64,000 nt of DNA from Botryllus schlosseri (taxonomy: Eukaryota): contig CM119371.1 in the NCBI GenBank assembly GCA_051294905.1, positions 36,148,001 through 36,212,000 on the forward strand, given 5' to 3'. This document shows, piece by piece, positions 1 to 13,175 of the stretch (positions are counted from its first letter, which is position 1; every line of letters starts with the position of its first letter). The notes below the pieces were generated by a model. The model searched no databases, was not told where the DNA came from, and saw only the letters and a list, made by a program, of their open reading frames with translations. A program made the position numbers and the translations under genes.

Positions 1-1047
1 GCTCGAAACGGTTATGTTTTATGACGGGCAGGTGATCATGACGCTAGCTGGAGGAAAGGCGTTTATTTCCACAAGGAAATATTAATGAAGACAATTTAAA
101 CATAGCTCCAAAAGGAATGAATGTGAGTGACAATCCGTGAAACTTTCGCCAATACGCATGTGTGCTATCGGGATGTAGGCCTACACAAATGGTAGCCACA
201 CTCGATAACGACGGAAATCTCTCCTCAATCTAATAATTAGGTAAAACGTACGTCATTTCCCCGCGTTCAAACTAAAATCACCCCATGATCTCTCGTACAT
301 CCAGCGTTCGCGAGTCTACTTTTCTTCTAAGTGGTTATCAACAGTTGAGTCATGACTCATGAGTCACGTGTGAAATAAAACGGTATTTTCATTAACCACG
401 AGAGTACATCATAAAGCATTTCATTTCTGCCCCAAATAAGGAATTACGTTTCACCGGTGCTACACATGTCAGCCCTGTCATACGTTTACTTCAGATCCAG
501 ATTTTAGCGACACGTAATTTCTCCCACTACCCTCCTATAACGTCGTGCTGATGCTTCAAGATACGTAAAAATAATCCAGTGCGTTAAAAAGTCACATGAA
601 AACCCTCGCCTAGCACCGTTCTTATAACTAAATCCTGCCACAGTTTCGCCACACATCAAAATCAAATCCATCGGCTCATTTTTCCTTAGGATGCACGAAT
701 TTCAAACTCATAAAAGGTAGCGATAATGCTTTTCAGGCACAATTCCAATGGCCTGTAAGCGTGATACGCGCGAATAAGCCTATATGTTTAGCAATATTTC
801 ATTCTGTAACTTCCGAAATTAAAAGGAATGCGCATAAATTACCTAAGCACACAAAATAAGAATTTATCAAAATAAAAATATAAAAACTAACTATAAAGTG
901 GCGATATTCGGAAGCAAACACGGAAAATGAGACTATTCGCTTTGCAGGCTGAGGAACAACCAACTTCATTATACTGTGCACACAAGGCATCGAGGTAAAA
1001 TAGCGAAATGATAAAAAACGAGATGATATTTCCGTACACTCCGCGAC

Positions 1048-4000
1048 CTAACGCGACGCGACACCCTCGCGAATATCAGTCTGCACCACAGGCCGATACA
1101 AATGCGAAAGAGCGTCGTCCAGAGTCTGTCTCTTGTAGTCTTTCCACATGAAGGATTCCTTCAGGTTCTGCAGGATCTCGCGCTGCTTCGGGAATGGCGG
1201 AAACTGCGAATTAAATAAAGTGGTATCGGGTGAGGACATTACCGAGAATGGACATTACCGAGAACGGTCACGTTAAGTTTTTTGACCAGTTTCACTTCTA
1301 CTGAAGAGTTTTTTAGGCAAATACCACTTAGCTTTTAACAAGTTGAAATGAGTTTTTGAATTTATCAAAAACCAGGAGGAAACGTACTCATATTCGGGAC
1401 CCAAGTACACATATAAGTAAAGCCGTAAATTTATAATCAAGTATACATGATAGGAGCGAATTCCAAGTAATTAAACAAGTCTTCAAGTCTTTTAGGCCTA
1501 GGTTTGCCTAGTAGGCTGAAAACTACGAGGCAGTCTCAAATTATAACCACTTAACACCAGTAAGTGCAATGTTTCAAAATAAAGTTAGTTCCTGCTATAC
1601 ACGGACTATTTATCCAAATTGGTACGACAATTCCTCTCAGACTGGTGACATAGTGTACGAAGTAAATAAGTTTGCTTGACAAACTGCTAAGTTAAAATGA
1701 AATAATATACCAGCATACCTACTTGAATAAGTATAGTGCAAGTATATACAAAACCAGCTTGAAGGCTCCAAATATGTAGAACTTCGCTAGTGACCAACTC
1801 TGGCATTAAAATAAGTGTGTGCATTGGTCATTGACCACTGCCCCAATACTAACTATATATCCCGGTTATAAACACCATATCGTGACGTACTGAAGAGAAC
1901 TAAGTCTTCATTGGGCCAAAATAATTTTGGTGTCGATGACCAAGCTGTGCCTCACCTTCATGTTGATGAGACTGTACACCGTTTCGTCAGCGAATTTCTG
2001 GAAGAACTTCCGGTTGATCTGAACGACTTCTGCTCCGCAACTGATTAAGCTCACGCTCGAGCCCCGCTCGTCTTTCGGCAGTACGGCAAGAAAACCCTGT
2101 GACGGAGCAAAGCGACAAATAACGGGACGAAGGAAGTTATTTCGCCAAAATCCCAGAGTTCAATCGACAAGGCATTGAGCCTTCGGGGTATATTTCCGCG
2201 GTTAATGTCACTCCGTAAGATATTTTCATAAATGCTTTGACTCCATGTTTCGGTGCGTTTTTGGTTACTTTTGAGTAGCAAATTCCAGAAATGTAATTGG
2301 TTCTTCACTATCCTCAGTGATTAGTCATCTGTATATACCTATAGTTATATGAGGGGTTAGGGTCAGATATAAACTGCACTTGATAATGCATTGCACAGAT
2401 AGCATTTAGTCTTTTTTAGCATTTTTGAGCTGTAGGTCCAGGTATCCTATAAACGGATTGATCGAAGTAGCAGTGTCATCTCCAATATTACAGGAAAGCG
2501 CATTCAGCCAACAATTAAATTTCAGTAATACTGAAATCGGACTGGACTACTTTTTCGACATGATACGGAACGCTAACGTGATTTACATTTAGAACTAAAA
2601 TGTGAAAATAACAAATCGGATCATGTCCAAATTCAAATCCAGGTCCGGTTCCGTAAAATCCCCTTCAAGATTAAAATGCACGTTTGTGCCAGATTGTGAT
2701 TAGACTTACAAAGCTATCTCCAACTCCCAACACTTCGAGTGCGACGTAGACTGGTTGATTGACGTTGGGTCCGTACAGGGATTTTAAAAATGGCGTTCTT
2801 TTCATCGGAGTTTGACTTCTGCTGCGAGACACTTCCTGTAAACATGATTTGCGTGCTTAAATGTGCTCAAACACTCTGTTCAAGCGGCTAGTAGCGAACG
2901 ACATTTGTCATAAACCTGATGAGTATATACGTAGTGGTTGGTCAATGCTCAAAGACATTCGGTGTCTAGGCGCTGATTACTGGTATGTAATTAGTTCACT
3001 TGTGTTGATTCTGCTCTGGTACCACAGTTGCCTGTGTGGCGTAGAGGTGCAATCCATATAGATGCAACACCAATGGGTTGCGAGGTCGACGCCAGGATTA
3101 CTACCTACCTTAGTGCTGGAGGTTTATCTAGGTTGCTTCTCGCCATCTCATACGTGTAAGCGGTGTCTTAGAAAAGCCTAGAAGTGGGCCGTGCTACAAG
3201 TCGGCAGCTACGGAATAAAATGAGGAATTTTGGCCTGGTGTAAATGACCATAGTAGTCGACAAATGCCATGAATACTACAACCAGACAAACTCAGCACAC
3301 CCCGGTTTCGTATGTCTGTACTTGGAAGCGCATGTTTATCACTCAAAAAAAACTATCAAGCAGGGTCACCACAACATACCCGGGCGATGGCATCTCTTTC
3401 TTCCTGCGTGGGTGGGCGTGATTGGGGCGTGGTGAAAAACGTCGTGGGCGGGGTCGTCGTGCTTTTCCTCTCGTCATCCGGGTCTTCTTCGTCTGAACGA
3501 TATAAAGATTCAAGAATTGAAAGTTCGACAGCAGCAGTTGTTGGCTGACAACACAGAAGTTGTGCGTACACTTCTGGTGACACATCGTTTTGCTTCATCC
3601 TGACAATGTTGTCTACATCACAATTTTTCATCATGCGCTTCTTCATATAAGAATCAATGCCAGATTTTTACATGTCAAAATATCACCCTAAGTATGAGTA
3701 GGGTAAGTTTATGCTGCAGTCCAATCCGTCGAAAGTTGCCCTTATTTATCTGAAAAGTTGCTGTAAAAATTTGCATGTATTTTTCCCAAAACTTGCACTA
3801 AAAAGTTGCATTCATGGTCAAGTGCCTTGAAATAATGAGGGTACGAGATACTTGAATCCTTCCCTATTTAAGCCACTGTAGCAAAACTCATTGCTAGCGA
3901 CTTCAACAAAATCAGTAGCCTAAAAAATTAACCAAGTGAAAATATAATTTTCGGAGGTCTGGCCGGAATGTATGTCTAATCCTAAAGTACCTCTAATTTA

Positions 4001-7000
4001 AAAGGCAGTGACATAATCAAGCGATCTACTCGCATATAGCGTCAAATATCTCCAGTAAAAAGTTAGTTGCATAAACAATCAATAAAACTGGCATGTAAAA
4101 TCGAAAAGAGTTGCGAAAAGTTGCATGAAAAATCGAAGAAACACCATACTACATAACTCTAGAAGCTGTCGGAAGTTATAAAAAAAGTTGCAAAAGTTGG
4201 AAAAACTTGCTCTTCTCAAAGGTAATGCAAACCAATCTGCAAAAACCGTCATGCTTTACCAAATCACGCGTGAACAAATATGTAGCTTTGCCTAAAAAGT
4301 GTTGAGGAGAAACGGATTGATTCTTGAGCCATGCATCTTTAGTAGGAAGTCCAAGTGGGCAAACCTATACACTTGAGTATACTTCCGTCGCTATACATTG
4401 ATATTGTTCAATTCTGGATTCACTGTACCATTGAGAACACCAAAGTCAAGTTACCCATACCTTTCTCGAATCGTTCGCGGTTCTTTTTTCGAATCTCTTC
4501 GAGCAGCGACCTTTTCGCCAGTTCGGACCTGGTCTTTTTGATCCTGTCCGGGTCCTCTTCCGCCTCGCCCGGTTTCAAACACTTCACCACCTTACACTGT
4601 CCGGACTTGATCACGTACAGCCATTCGCAACGGGAACTGTCTTCGACGATGAGCGTGCCTGTGTCGTAAAACTTGATTTAGCAATGGTTGTTATGTAATC
4701 GACTATATGAAGAATCAGAATCCGAAACCGAACAATCGCTTAACGAAATTGGTCATTGTTATGTTCAATGTGTTGAGGCACTGCCATTGTTGGAACAATG
4801 CCGATGGTCCGACGCTAGGGCTGCTTCGGGGTGGTCCCGTTGTCCTGACAAGATTTTAATTTGTATTTTCGGAATCAGTGCGACACTATCTTTCGATTAA
4901 CGCCAATTACAGTAAATTTCAGTGCACGGATCGTCATCACAGCACTACCAATTACGTTATTTTTAGATTGCTCAAACTGCTTGTCCAAGTGTAACCATCG
5001 GGTGTCGGATATGCATTCGTATGCTAGTAATCTATAGTTATAATTGAGTAGCAATGCTTGGTACTTTGTTCCCATATGATGGCAATTGCTATTTGATTAA
5101 GTGAGCCTTACCAGGCTTGTAGTTTTGCATAGTCCAAGCGCTGGGGTTGTCCACCAGCTTCTGAAAAGGCCAGTGATGAAAAACCGGGTTATTCTTGCAA
5201 ATAGTCAGACTGGAAATGTCCTTGGCGCCTTTCGAGAAACAAATATTCTTGAAATCCTGAAAGGGAAAGGTAATAGCTTCGATCAATGCGATTTCGTTCC
5301 ACGGAACACCAGTTAATGACCACTAAACTAGATGATACAAAACAACAGCCATCCCAATATAGAACTGTCTCAGCGCAAAATTGCGAATATATGTGTATAT
5401 TACTGACTTACATCGCCGTATACCACAAACAACTCGGCAGTGTCCTGGCTCATTACGGTCATGTTTCGTTTCGATTCGGAAATAATTTCCTCTTCCCCGA
5501 AGCTGTCGCCGCGCTTGAGCAGCGTCGTGACCATGTGACCGTCTTCTTCCTCTCCATTGGCCACCACTGTAATAAGAAATGTGTTAATATATATGCAGGC
5601 CTACAGATTAGGTCAGTCCGAAATACTTATGGAAATGAACTGCGCGCTCAAAATGTCAACAATAACAACAGTTTCTTGGAGACACAGAACGTCAGTAGAG
5701 AATTAAGCAATATATTTCCATATTGAAATATAGCCGAATATCTTCGGCTGACACTCGTCAGGGATAATCGTCAGCAACTAGTACATAATTCAAAAGAACT
5801 TTAAATCAACAATCGTATTACGAAATATCACGTCACCTCAAGCATTCTAAATTGCATGCCTGTGACGTCATATTTGGTAATACGAATGTAGATATACATT
5901 ATACAATGCTCTTTCCCATTCTCTAAATTCTCTACTATAGTGGCCGACTATTACCCCTGACGAGTGTCAGCCCAAAATTTTCGGGTTTATTCCAATATGA
6001 ATTTATTATTCATATTTTATGGTATACTTACGTCGCCCGGATATCACGTAATAAATACACATGGCTCTGTGTCCTGCGCGAAGTACGACCCTGTTCGGGT
6101 CTACTGTCTGCAACCAGGAACATTCGCAAAGCCGCCTTTGCACGGTCAAGGGATACCGAGCGAAGATCTCCATCTTCTGCATCGTGCGCATGATCTGAAT
6201 ATCGAGATTATGACGTCACGCATATCACAGAACATCCTTGTCGCATATAGATATAAGGCTGTGCAATCGAGCATATAGCTAGTATCAATTTTTATCATTC
6301 GAGTATGGACACAATATTTTGAGGTGCCTTATAGTCGTTTTGTTGTGGTATGACCTAGAGCTGATTCGAACCTCTGAAAGGTTCCACGTGAACGCGAACG
6401 CTAACCCGAACCTTTGACTCCTTGTCACGTCATATTGCTAATTCCAACCCTACCTTTCCGAGGATTAATATGCTTATGTACACGATACCTAGCCACGACT
6501 CAGGTCACATTATGCCGCAATGCTGAGTACATGCTGACTTTTTCAACGTCACCAAATGTATCTATTGGAACAATCAAATGTTATAATAATTCCACAAAAA
6601 CAATAAGTTACGTCGCTTGGTCAACAATTTCGAAAAGGACTTGCAAGGGAATATATGCATGGGCCTTAAAGGTTTAGGCTGGACCGGACAATGTATTCCT
6701 CAGGCGTCATGTTATAGTGCTAAATTGATATTGATCAGAGCGAAATATCGGTTTCTATACTTGCGACGGATATTACTTTATGAACAAGTTAGCTATGCAG
6801 GATCCAACACCGCGATTAGACGGATTTGTTTTTTATGATACAATAAGCATATAAAATCAAGAGTGATCCTGTATACGCCTGATAGACAGACAACGATGCA
6901 TTATTTGCACTATACTTACACGAGTTGGTATGTTTTTCGAATATACTTGCACATTGAATTAACAGTTTTTTGTTTTTTAGCCAAAACAATAGGCCTAGAA

Positions 7001-10000
7001 TTCCTACTTTTTTACCAACTGGACACCTCTACTTTCACTAGAACTCGGGTAGAAACCAGTTGAGTACCAACGATAGCGACTTTCATCGCCCCTGCTGCAC
7101 AGCACTGACAGAAATGTCACATTGACTCATATCCCAGTGACATATTACTGTCAGTAAAATTGAATAAATTTATATAGGCAAGTGTTAGTGGCGTTACGTA
7201 CTTCGCGGTATTACATAAAGTACGCGTTTGCACACTCCAAGACCCTCTTACAGTTATTAAACCATAATAATAGTCGACTCGCATCGAAGCTTTATACTCT
7301 GTCCGGAAGATAATAACTCAGGCACTCTATTTCTGCCTAGCCCTTGTAGATAGTTACGTCCAATGTGACTTACGTTTACGATTTCGTCCGGCGTCCTATC
7401 AGTAGGATTTTTTCGTAGCAATTCTTTTATTTTCACGGGCATCACGTCGATGTCTTTGGACTGTCGCCGAAACTTGCTGAGGTCAAATGTCAGCTCCGGA
7501 TCTCCGGTCGTTAAAGCTGTTGATACGTCACTTATTTAGCTTTCTAAGATTCATAGCTTTAAGGGTGAGGTTTGATAGGAATTGGAGCTATACACTTGAT
7601 CACTGGCAATCACATCATACTGTGAATCCATAGTTGGAAAACGGATAATGAGACACGCACTTTGTGTCTGCCATTTTCCGCAATCACGAATTCACCAACC
7701 ATTTTTCTTTTCCTTATTTTGATCTTTGCTGACGTCACTTTCGCGGAGCAACGACTCTTTTAACGCCACCCAGTTGTTCTGAGCGACAGAAAACGTCATA
7801 CTCCTGGAAAATACATGAAGTACATAAAGTACATAAAAATTAGGAGCGGGTTTGGGTTGGTTGAATTTCCGAAACATGCTTCAACACCTACTTTTTGCAA
7901 GCGATGCAGACAGAAGTGAGAAGACGTATTACACGCGCGGCTCTCCTGAAACGGAGTATAGGCTGCAAAATACGCATACACCGGTCAAATAGCGTTTGAC
8001 AATTTCCTAAAAGTAGTGAGAGTTGGTACTCAATTTGAATTAGTTGTAAGGCCATGAATTTTTATCTACTGACCAGCCTTACGCCTAACTTTAACGGCTG
8101 TAACCGCGCTTGTAAACTGCATGCGCTCACCGGAATAAAAGTCACGTCGACTCTGTGACCGTCTGCGGCCGGATTGAAATTTCTCGCGAACATAGACGCG
8201 CGCCGCATGCCGCCCACCACGCTCATCAGCTTCGCTTTCACTTGGCCATGGTTGTTGATAGTCGGTATGGACCGCCGGGCGCCTTCGCCTATGGAAAACG
8301 GGAAATGAATCAATGATATGTGGGAGGGTATGAGTAAAACATGGGGTTGATGGCAATGTTCGGTTCAAATAGCCGTCACTATACGAAACTTCAAAATTCG
8401 TAGGATCGCGTTCGCATACGAGCCTTAGCAGGTTCTACCCTGTGAACATAGTTTGTGAAATGCAGTATATTGCAGTAGTCTCAACATCAATGATCAGAAT
8501 GTTTTGTAGTTCGACTGCGTCAAGGAAATTCTTCACAAAGCTAAGATTGAGTTCATCACAAAATTCATTGCAAGCAATCACATATTTAAACCCGAAAGTA
8601 TTTCGGATGTATGTATTCCAGAGTTGAAGTGAAGTTTTGGAATCCGCAATTATTCAGTTGTCCATGATCAGTTATTGTAAACAGTTTGTGAACAACTTAC
8701 AAATTCCCCATTGGCTTCGTATATTTTGTGTATCCCGTCTGTTATTGTTACCTTTAGCGTTGGTATTAATGTAATGCTTGCTACATTTTAGGCATCGTCT
8801 TATAAAGACAGAGGTTTTAGGCATTCCAATGCAACTCTCATCGAACTAAAATTCCAAATAATTCAAACCGGCGTATTGCGAACTCCGATAATCGTAGCCT
8901 AAATGCATCAATATCAATAAGCATATATTATATCTTGACATGTACGGCTGTACCTACAATTGGTTGGAATTAGAACAGTGACGTCGTATTGTTTCGTGTT
9001 CACTGTTCACAGATAACCTGAACCTTACAGGGGCTCGCGCTATCCCAATAAAACAATAATGTCGTGCTTGAGAATTCGTTCGGGGTACTTTAGAAACTTT
9101 GATCTCCAGCTACCCGGCTGTTTATTGTTGACACAAGAGGCCCGTCATTGTTATGTCGGCTTGTGGAATTCGATATGGAAGAATGTCCTGATTGTAGTGC
9201 AGCCAGAATAACCAATCGCGTAGCGTATACAACAGAGAGGCTTGATTCCGGTTCAATAAGTACAACTCGACTGTTTTCTTGTAATACATTGGATCTGAGA
9301 TTGGATCTGATGTTGCAGTGCGCGATTATAGCAGGGTACTAACGCAGCTGTTACGCCGGGCAGTATCCATCAACATATTTGACATCGCACTTGGGTGAAT
9401 AAAACATCGATTTTCATTGAAAAAACGTCAATTATAAGTGGAATTAGGTATTCTAAAACATATCAAGTTGAGAAACAGTACTATACTAACGCGAAAAAGT
9501 AAAAGTACTTCGTTACTCACGAGCTCTGATTAAACTCTATTTTGAGTTTAAAAGTCAACCTCGCTATTTAACGATGGAAGTTGACGAGGGCACAATTGAA
9601 TTTTGAGATGGGAATTGAACCTTTGCTGAAACCCACAAGTTCATCATCAAAACTCCTTGGGAATAACGATCAAACATTCGGGCTACAGACGATTGTTTTC
9701 TCTACGAACAAGACCCAGTTTTCACATCATGTTGGACATACGACATGCCTTCGTCATTGTATTTTCATTGAGCGATATATTCCAATATACAATGACGCTT
9801 ACTTAACTAGTTAACATGACCGGTCCAGGGTAGAGATGGTTTCGACATCATTCAGCTCGATCAAAGTAACCGGCTTTATGGTTAATGTTGACAAGCTACT
9901 GGTCAGGGTGTATTGTGTGAGCGTTGCTTCAATGGAAGTGTTTGAACAAGAAGTTTGGAAGCTGAACATTGTTATTTTTGTCGGCTGATTGATGCGCCGA

Positions 10001-10980
10001 CCGAAATGCCAATCTGTGGCAAGTCTTGTATCTTGAATCCTGATACAGCCTTATTACATTGCCAAAGCATATTACGCTATTAGCTATCATTGTTCTATTG
10101 ATTAGAGTTATTACGTTGCTGATCAATATCTCTGTCCGATACTGTGTTAATCAAGTATCTTCTCAGTTTGGTTATGTTCTATCAACCGAAAGAACGTGAC
10201 GGGAAAGCGTAATGGTATGTCCTACAAAACATTAATGGGTTGCTAGTTTGAGTCTGACCGTGATCGACTCCTGGATTCCGATCTAAGTGTTGGAGGTTTA
10301 TCTAGGCTCGTCCTCGCCATGTGATGAGCGTAAGCGGTGTCTTACAAAAGCCTAAAATTCGGCACATAAGGACTCACAATACGACGAACTGACCTCTGGC
10401 GATAATGACCATAGTAGGCTATATAGTCAAAACACCGCGAATATCATTATCGACAACTATACCAAACATAATATCACTATCTGCTTTACATAAGTACAGT
10501 GCATTCGTACATTGCTGTACAGATCGTATGAGAACTGCTTGATTTGTTGAATTTGAAAAGGTGAACAACGCCATCTGAAACGCGTAAGAGATGTCTTAAA
10601 AAAGCTTGGAAGCGCGCCATGCTACAAGTCGGCCGCTAAGGAATCATGTAAAATCATATAGGCCTGGTATAAATGACCATCGTAGCCGACAAACACACTA
10701 AATACCAAAACTAACGGCAACAACAACATCTGTTGTGAGTTTGGAGATTGTCATCCCCTGCGTTATAGGTATCACACCGACACGGCACCTTGACCCGTAA
10801 ACGTTTCAAAGCGTTACCTTTCGTCGGAGATGCCTCACGAATGGGTGTAGCAAACTTCACTCTTCTTCCTGTCGGGGTAGGAGTTGGGTTCGGACTCGGA
10901 AAACCGCTTCGATGACCCGACAATGGCGTGTGGGGTGTGTGAGGGGTATGAGGGGTGTGCGGGCTCGGCGCTGATGCCAT
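1048..10980 (-). CDS. CNBD2: Cyclic nucleotide-binding domain-containing protein 2-like, 13 coding exons, 611 aa
   Basis: Exons assembled by hand (minus): 10980-10818, 8288-8131, 7962-7892, 7803-7700, 7516-7374, 6194-6032, 5566-5412, 5256-5112, 4658-4461, 3492-3380, 2835-2710, 2096-1956, 1203-1048. All introns are GT-AG with consistent phase; 1836 nt total. Translation includes LTFDLSKF, a first cNMP-binding domain (VLRAGH..IYYVISGRL..LKRGDSFGEEEI..KRNMTV), a second split domain (WLYVIKSGQCKV..LGVGDSFG..VSLISCGAEVVQINRKFF) and C-terminal FPPFP..WKDYK. Orthology to CNBD2 is from recalled motif similarity, not a search. Confidence 0.85.
3030..3290 (+). mobile_element. tRNA-derived SINE family copy
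   Basis: Shares tggaggtttatctagg..gtaagcggtgtctta.aaaagccta with 10195-10460, and gctacaagtcggc..ggcctggt.taaatgaccat with 10580-10710. Confidence 0.6.
5731..5775 (-). ncRNA. Degenerate hammerhead ribozyme motif (GAAG variant)
   Basis: Minus strand GCTGAC..atcc-CTGACGA-gtgtcagcc-GAAG-atat-TC-ggct. Confidence 0.5.
5943..5988 (+). ncRNA. Degenerate hammerhead ribozyme motif (CAAA variant)
   Basis: accc-CTGACGA-gtgtcagcc-CAAA-attt-TC-gggt. Confidence 0.5.
10195..10460 (+). mobile_element. tRNA-derived SINE family copy
   Basis: Degenerate A/B boxes; body shared with 3030-3290 and 35257-35750. Confidence 0.6.
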
Positions 10981-11536
10981 TTGTGTCGGTTGTATATCAC
11001 ATTTAGCATTAATTCCAATCTGCCAGAATTTTGCCAATGGTAACGACTGTCGCCAATAGTGCTTTGTCATGATGTCATTGCCGTGCCGGGAGTTGACTTG
11101 CGTTATGCAATTGTGTGCGTCTCAGAGTCAAATCGAATACACCGCACCAGACTTGTACAAACTACCAATCGATTTAGTTGACGTTCAACTAACTGCTGGA
11201 ATTTTGAAAAGCTCTAGTTCTATTTCTAGTTGCTGATTTTGAAACGTGACTATTAGTTATGTTGCGCATTTTGAAAATCCGTACATACTGTGACGTAAGA
11301 CTCGTTTGTAAATCACAGTGTTATGAAGACGCCACCTAATTATTCATGTTTTAGCCATATATCTCACTAAACGTCGCGGTGTCCAAACGACTGCCAGACA
11401 GTTATGCGTGCGACACTTTATGGAGCGACTTTGTAGCCTTCAAAACTATCCCTAACAGCACCAACACAATACAAAAGTAACCCTTCAACTATAATCCTAC
11501 GGCACAATGAAAATTTACAGTTGAGCAATTGAGCAT

Positions 11537-12046
11537 TAGGGGTTTTCAAAAATGACTTTTTCTCTCAAATTCTACTGGCTACTTGATAAAATTGTTAGAT
11601 TACATAATTGAAGCCCGCACACCAAATTTGGCTCAATTCCAGCCTGTAGCCGCATTGCTACAGGAGATGACATTTATTTATTATAAAAAAAATTAATAAA
11701 AAAAGTTTCAAAACGAGCGGAAGAATTGGTAACCGTAAATACTATTTTATTCAAATCCAAAATTTTTCGACGGCAATAACTCCACTTCCAGTGATTGCAA
11801 TTGAGCCAAAATTGGCGAGCATCGTTTCTATAGACAACCTAACAATTTCATGGGTGCACAGAAAATTTTGAATTATTTTTTAATAATTTTTATAATATAA
11901 ATAAAAAAAACTTTCTTCTCCAGTAGCAATGCGGCTAATGGTAGGAATTGAACCTAATTTGGTGTGCAGGATTCAATTAGGAATCCTGACAATTTTATCA
12001 AGTAGCCAGTTGAATTTGATAGAAAAGTCATTTTTGAACACCCCTA
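11537..12046. mobile_element. Palindromic MITE with long terminal inverted repeats, hAT-type 8-bp TSD
   Basis: Ends TAGGGGTTTTCAAAAATGAC / GTCATTTTTGAACACCCCTA; TSD TTGAGCAT on both sides; arms complementary over roughly 190 nt. Partial copies at about 36680-36956 and 55490-55740. Confidence 0.85.
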
Positions 12047-12296
12047 TTGAGCATGCGACACTTAGCCGTGTGACTTTGTGACCCAAAAACTAAACAAAGA
12101 CCAACAACCAACTCTTACTTCAACTATATAACCCCAACCTTAACCCTAACTTACACCCGGTTGCACAAGTGTCGCATGCTCTTACGTTCAGTTTCCCGAC
12201 CGGTCAAAACCATAAAATTGAACGGGGTAAGTGTGATTTATTTCCTTCTATGGGTAGCTCACCAGCCATGATTATCTGACCTATTCTTCATTTGAG

Positions 12297-12530
12297 ATGT
12301 TTGAGCTCAAGCATGTAGGCGTTTCACCGAGTTTTCGTAATCGTGAAACTACGAACGCGTCCACGCTGAGAGATCAGCGGGTTGAACATAGGTATATCCG
12401 GAAAGACAGTATTTCAGTATTCACCTTTCTTCGGAACCTTGATTCGAACTTTTCGCTTCTGACTCTGCATCACGTAGTTTTGGAGCTGTTGGCTATTCAT
12501 GAATCACGTTTGGCTCACAAAAGCGATTAA
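12297..12530 (+). mobile_element. Possible degenerate Penelope GIY-YIG remnant
   Basis: ETT..L..RVEH....DS..F....LDSNFSLL..HH.VLELLAIH weakly resembles Penelope endonuclease motifs. Confidence 0.3.
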
Positions 12531-13175
12531 TCTCTAAGCGTCCATCGAAACCCAACAAGGCTCAAGGTCTTCGACGTGTCTATCACAGATTAGCAATGGA
12601 GTGCAAATACGGACAGTTACGTGCACCTCAGACTGCTAGTCTCTTCAGTAACTTACGCTACGCCTTATCTACAAACAGGAGAATTCCAATAAAACACACA
12701 CTGATAAATGCTCACAATAACATTATAGGTTCATGCCCAGACAACTGAAGACCGTTCCAACTCGCAAAGATTTGTCTCAACGGAAGCGGTAGCTCTGACT
12801 ATAGATTAAATAGTTATAACACTCTGACAACTAGTCCCGAGAATAGACATTGCAGTGATCGGTACGAATTTGCAATGGTATCCGATCATTGTAGTTCACA
12901 AAATATGCTTTACAAATGGTGATAATCCATACTGACGATTGACAATAATCTGGCAGCACCCTAAATCGGCGAGGATGGTGTATTGAAATTTCGGTTTGAG
13001 GTGACATTGGAAACGCCTACTTCGTCAATATGTTTTATATCAAATGTCTGCTTAAATAGATTTGTCTGATAATAACATAAACCGTTATCTTAAGTCGTAA
13101 TTTTATAAGGGGCCTTTCTTGGTTGCTGTGTCGTGGAATTGTACAACAAATCATAGAAAACATACTGGGACCGAC

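Larger units (their letters stand above)
5720..6010. mobile_element. Non-autonomous Penelope-derived inverted-repeat element (two opposed hammerhead-bearing arms) in a CNBD2-like intron
   Basis: 5720-5836 is a degenerate reverse complement of 5862-6005. The arms match the sequence downstream of the Penelope remnant at 60770-60900. Confidence 0.6.

Noticed and set aside
2..85. Possible last coding exon of a plus-strand gene (LETVMFYDGQVIMTLAGGKAFISTRKY*), with AATAAA near 374
   Set aside because: Too short, truncated by the window edge and without a recognisable motif.
2910..2940. CTGATGA-gtatatac possible hammerhead
   Set aside because: GTAG instead of GAAA, with no stem I partner.
4355..5726. 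Plus-strand ORFs of 70-146 aa (and likewise 42797-43207, 51767-52108, 55165-55485, 58950-59393)
   Set aside because: Antisense shadows of real minus-strand exons.
9148..9814. Additional CNBD2-like exon or Penelope remnant in intron 1
   Set aside because: Exons 1 and 2 already join in phase; similarity to GIY-YIG motifs is too weak to call.
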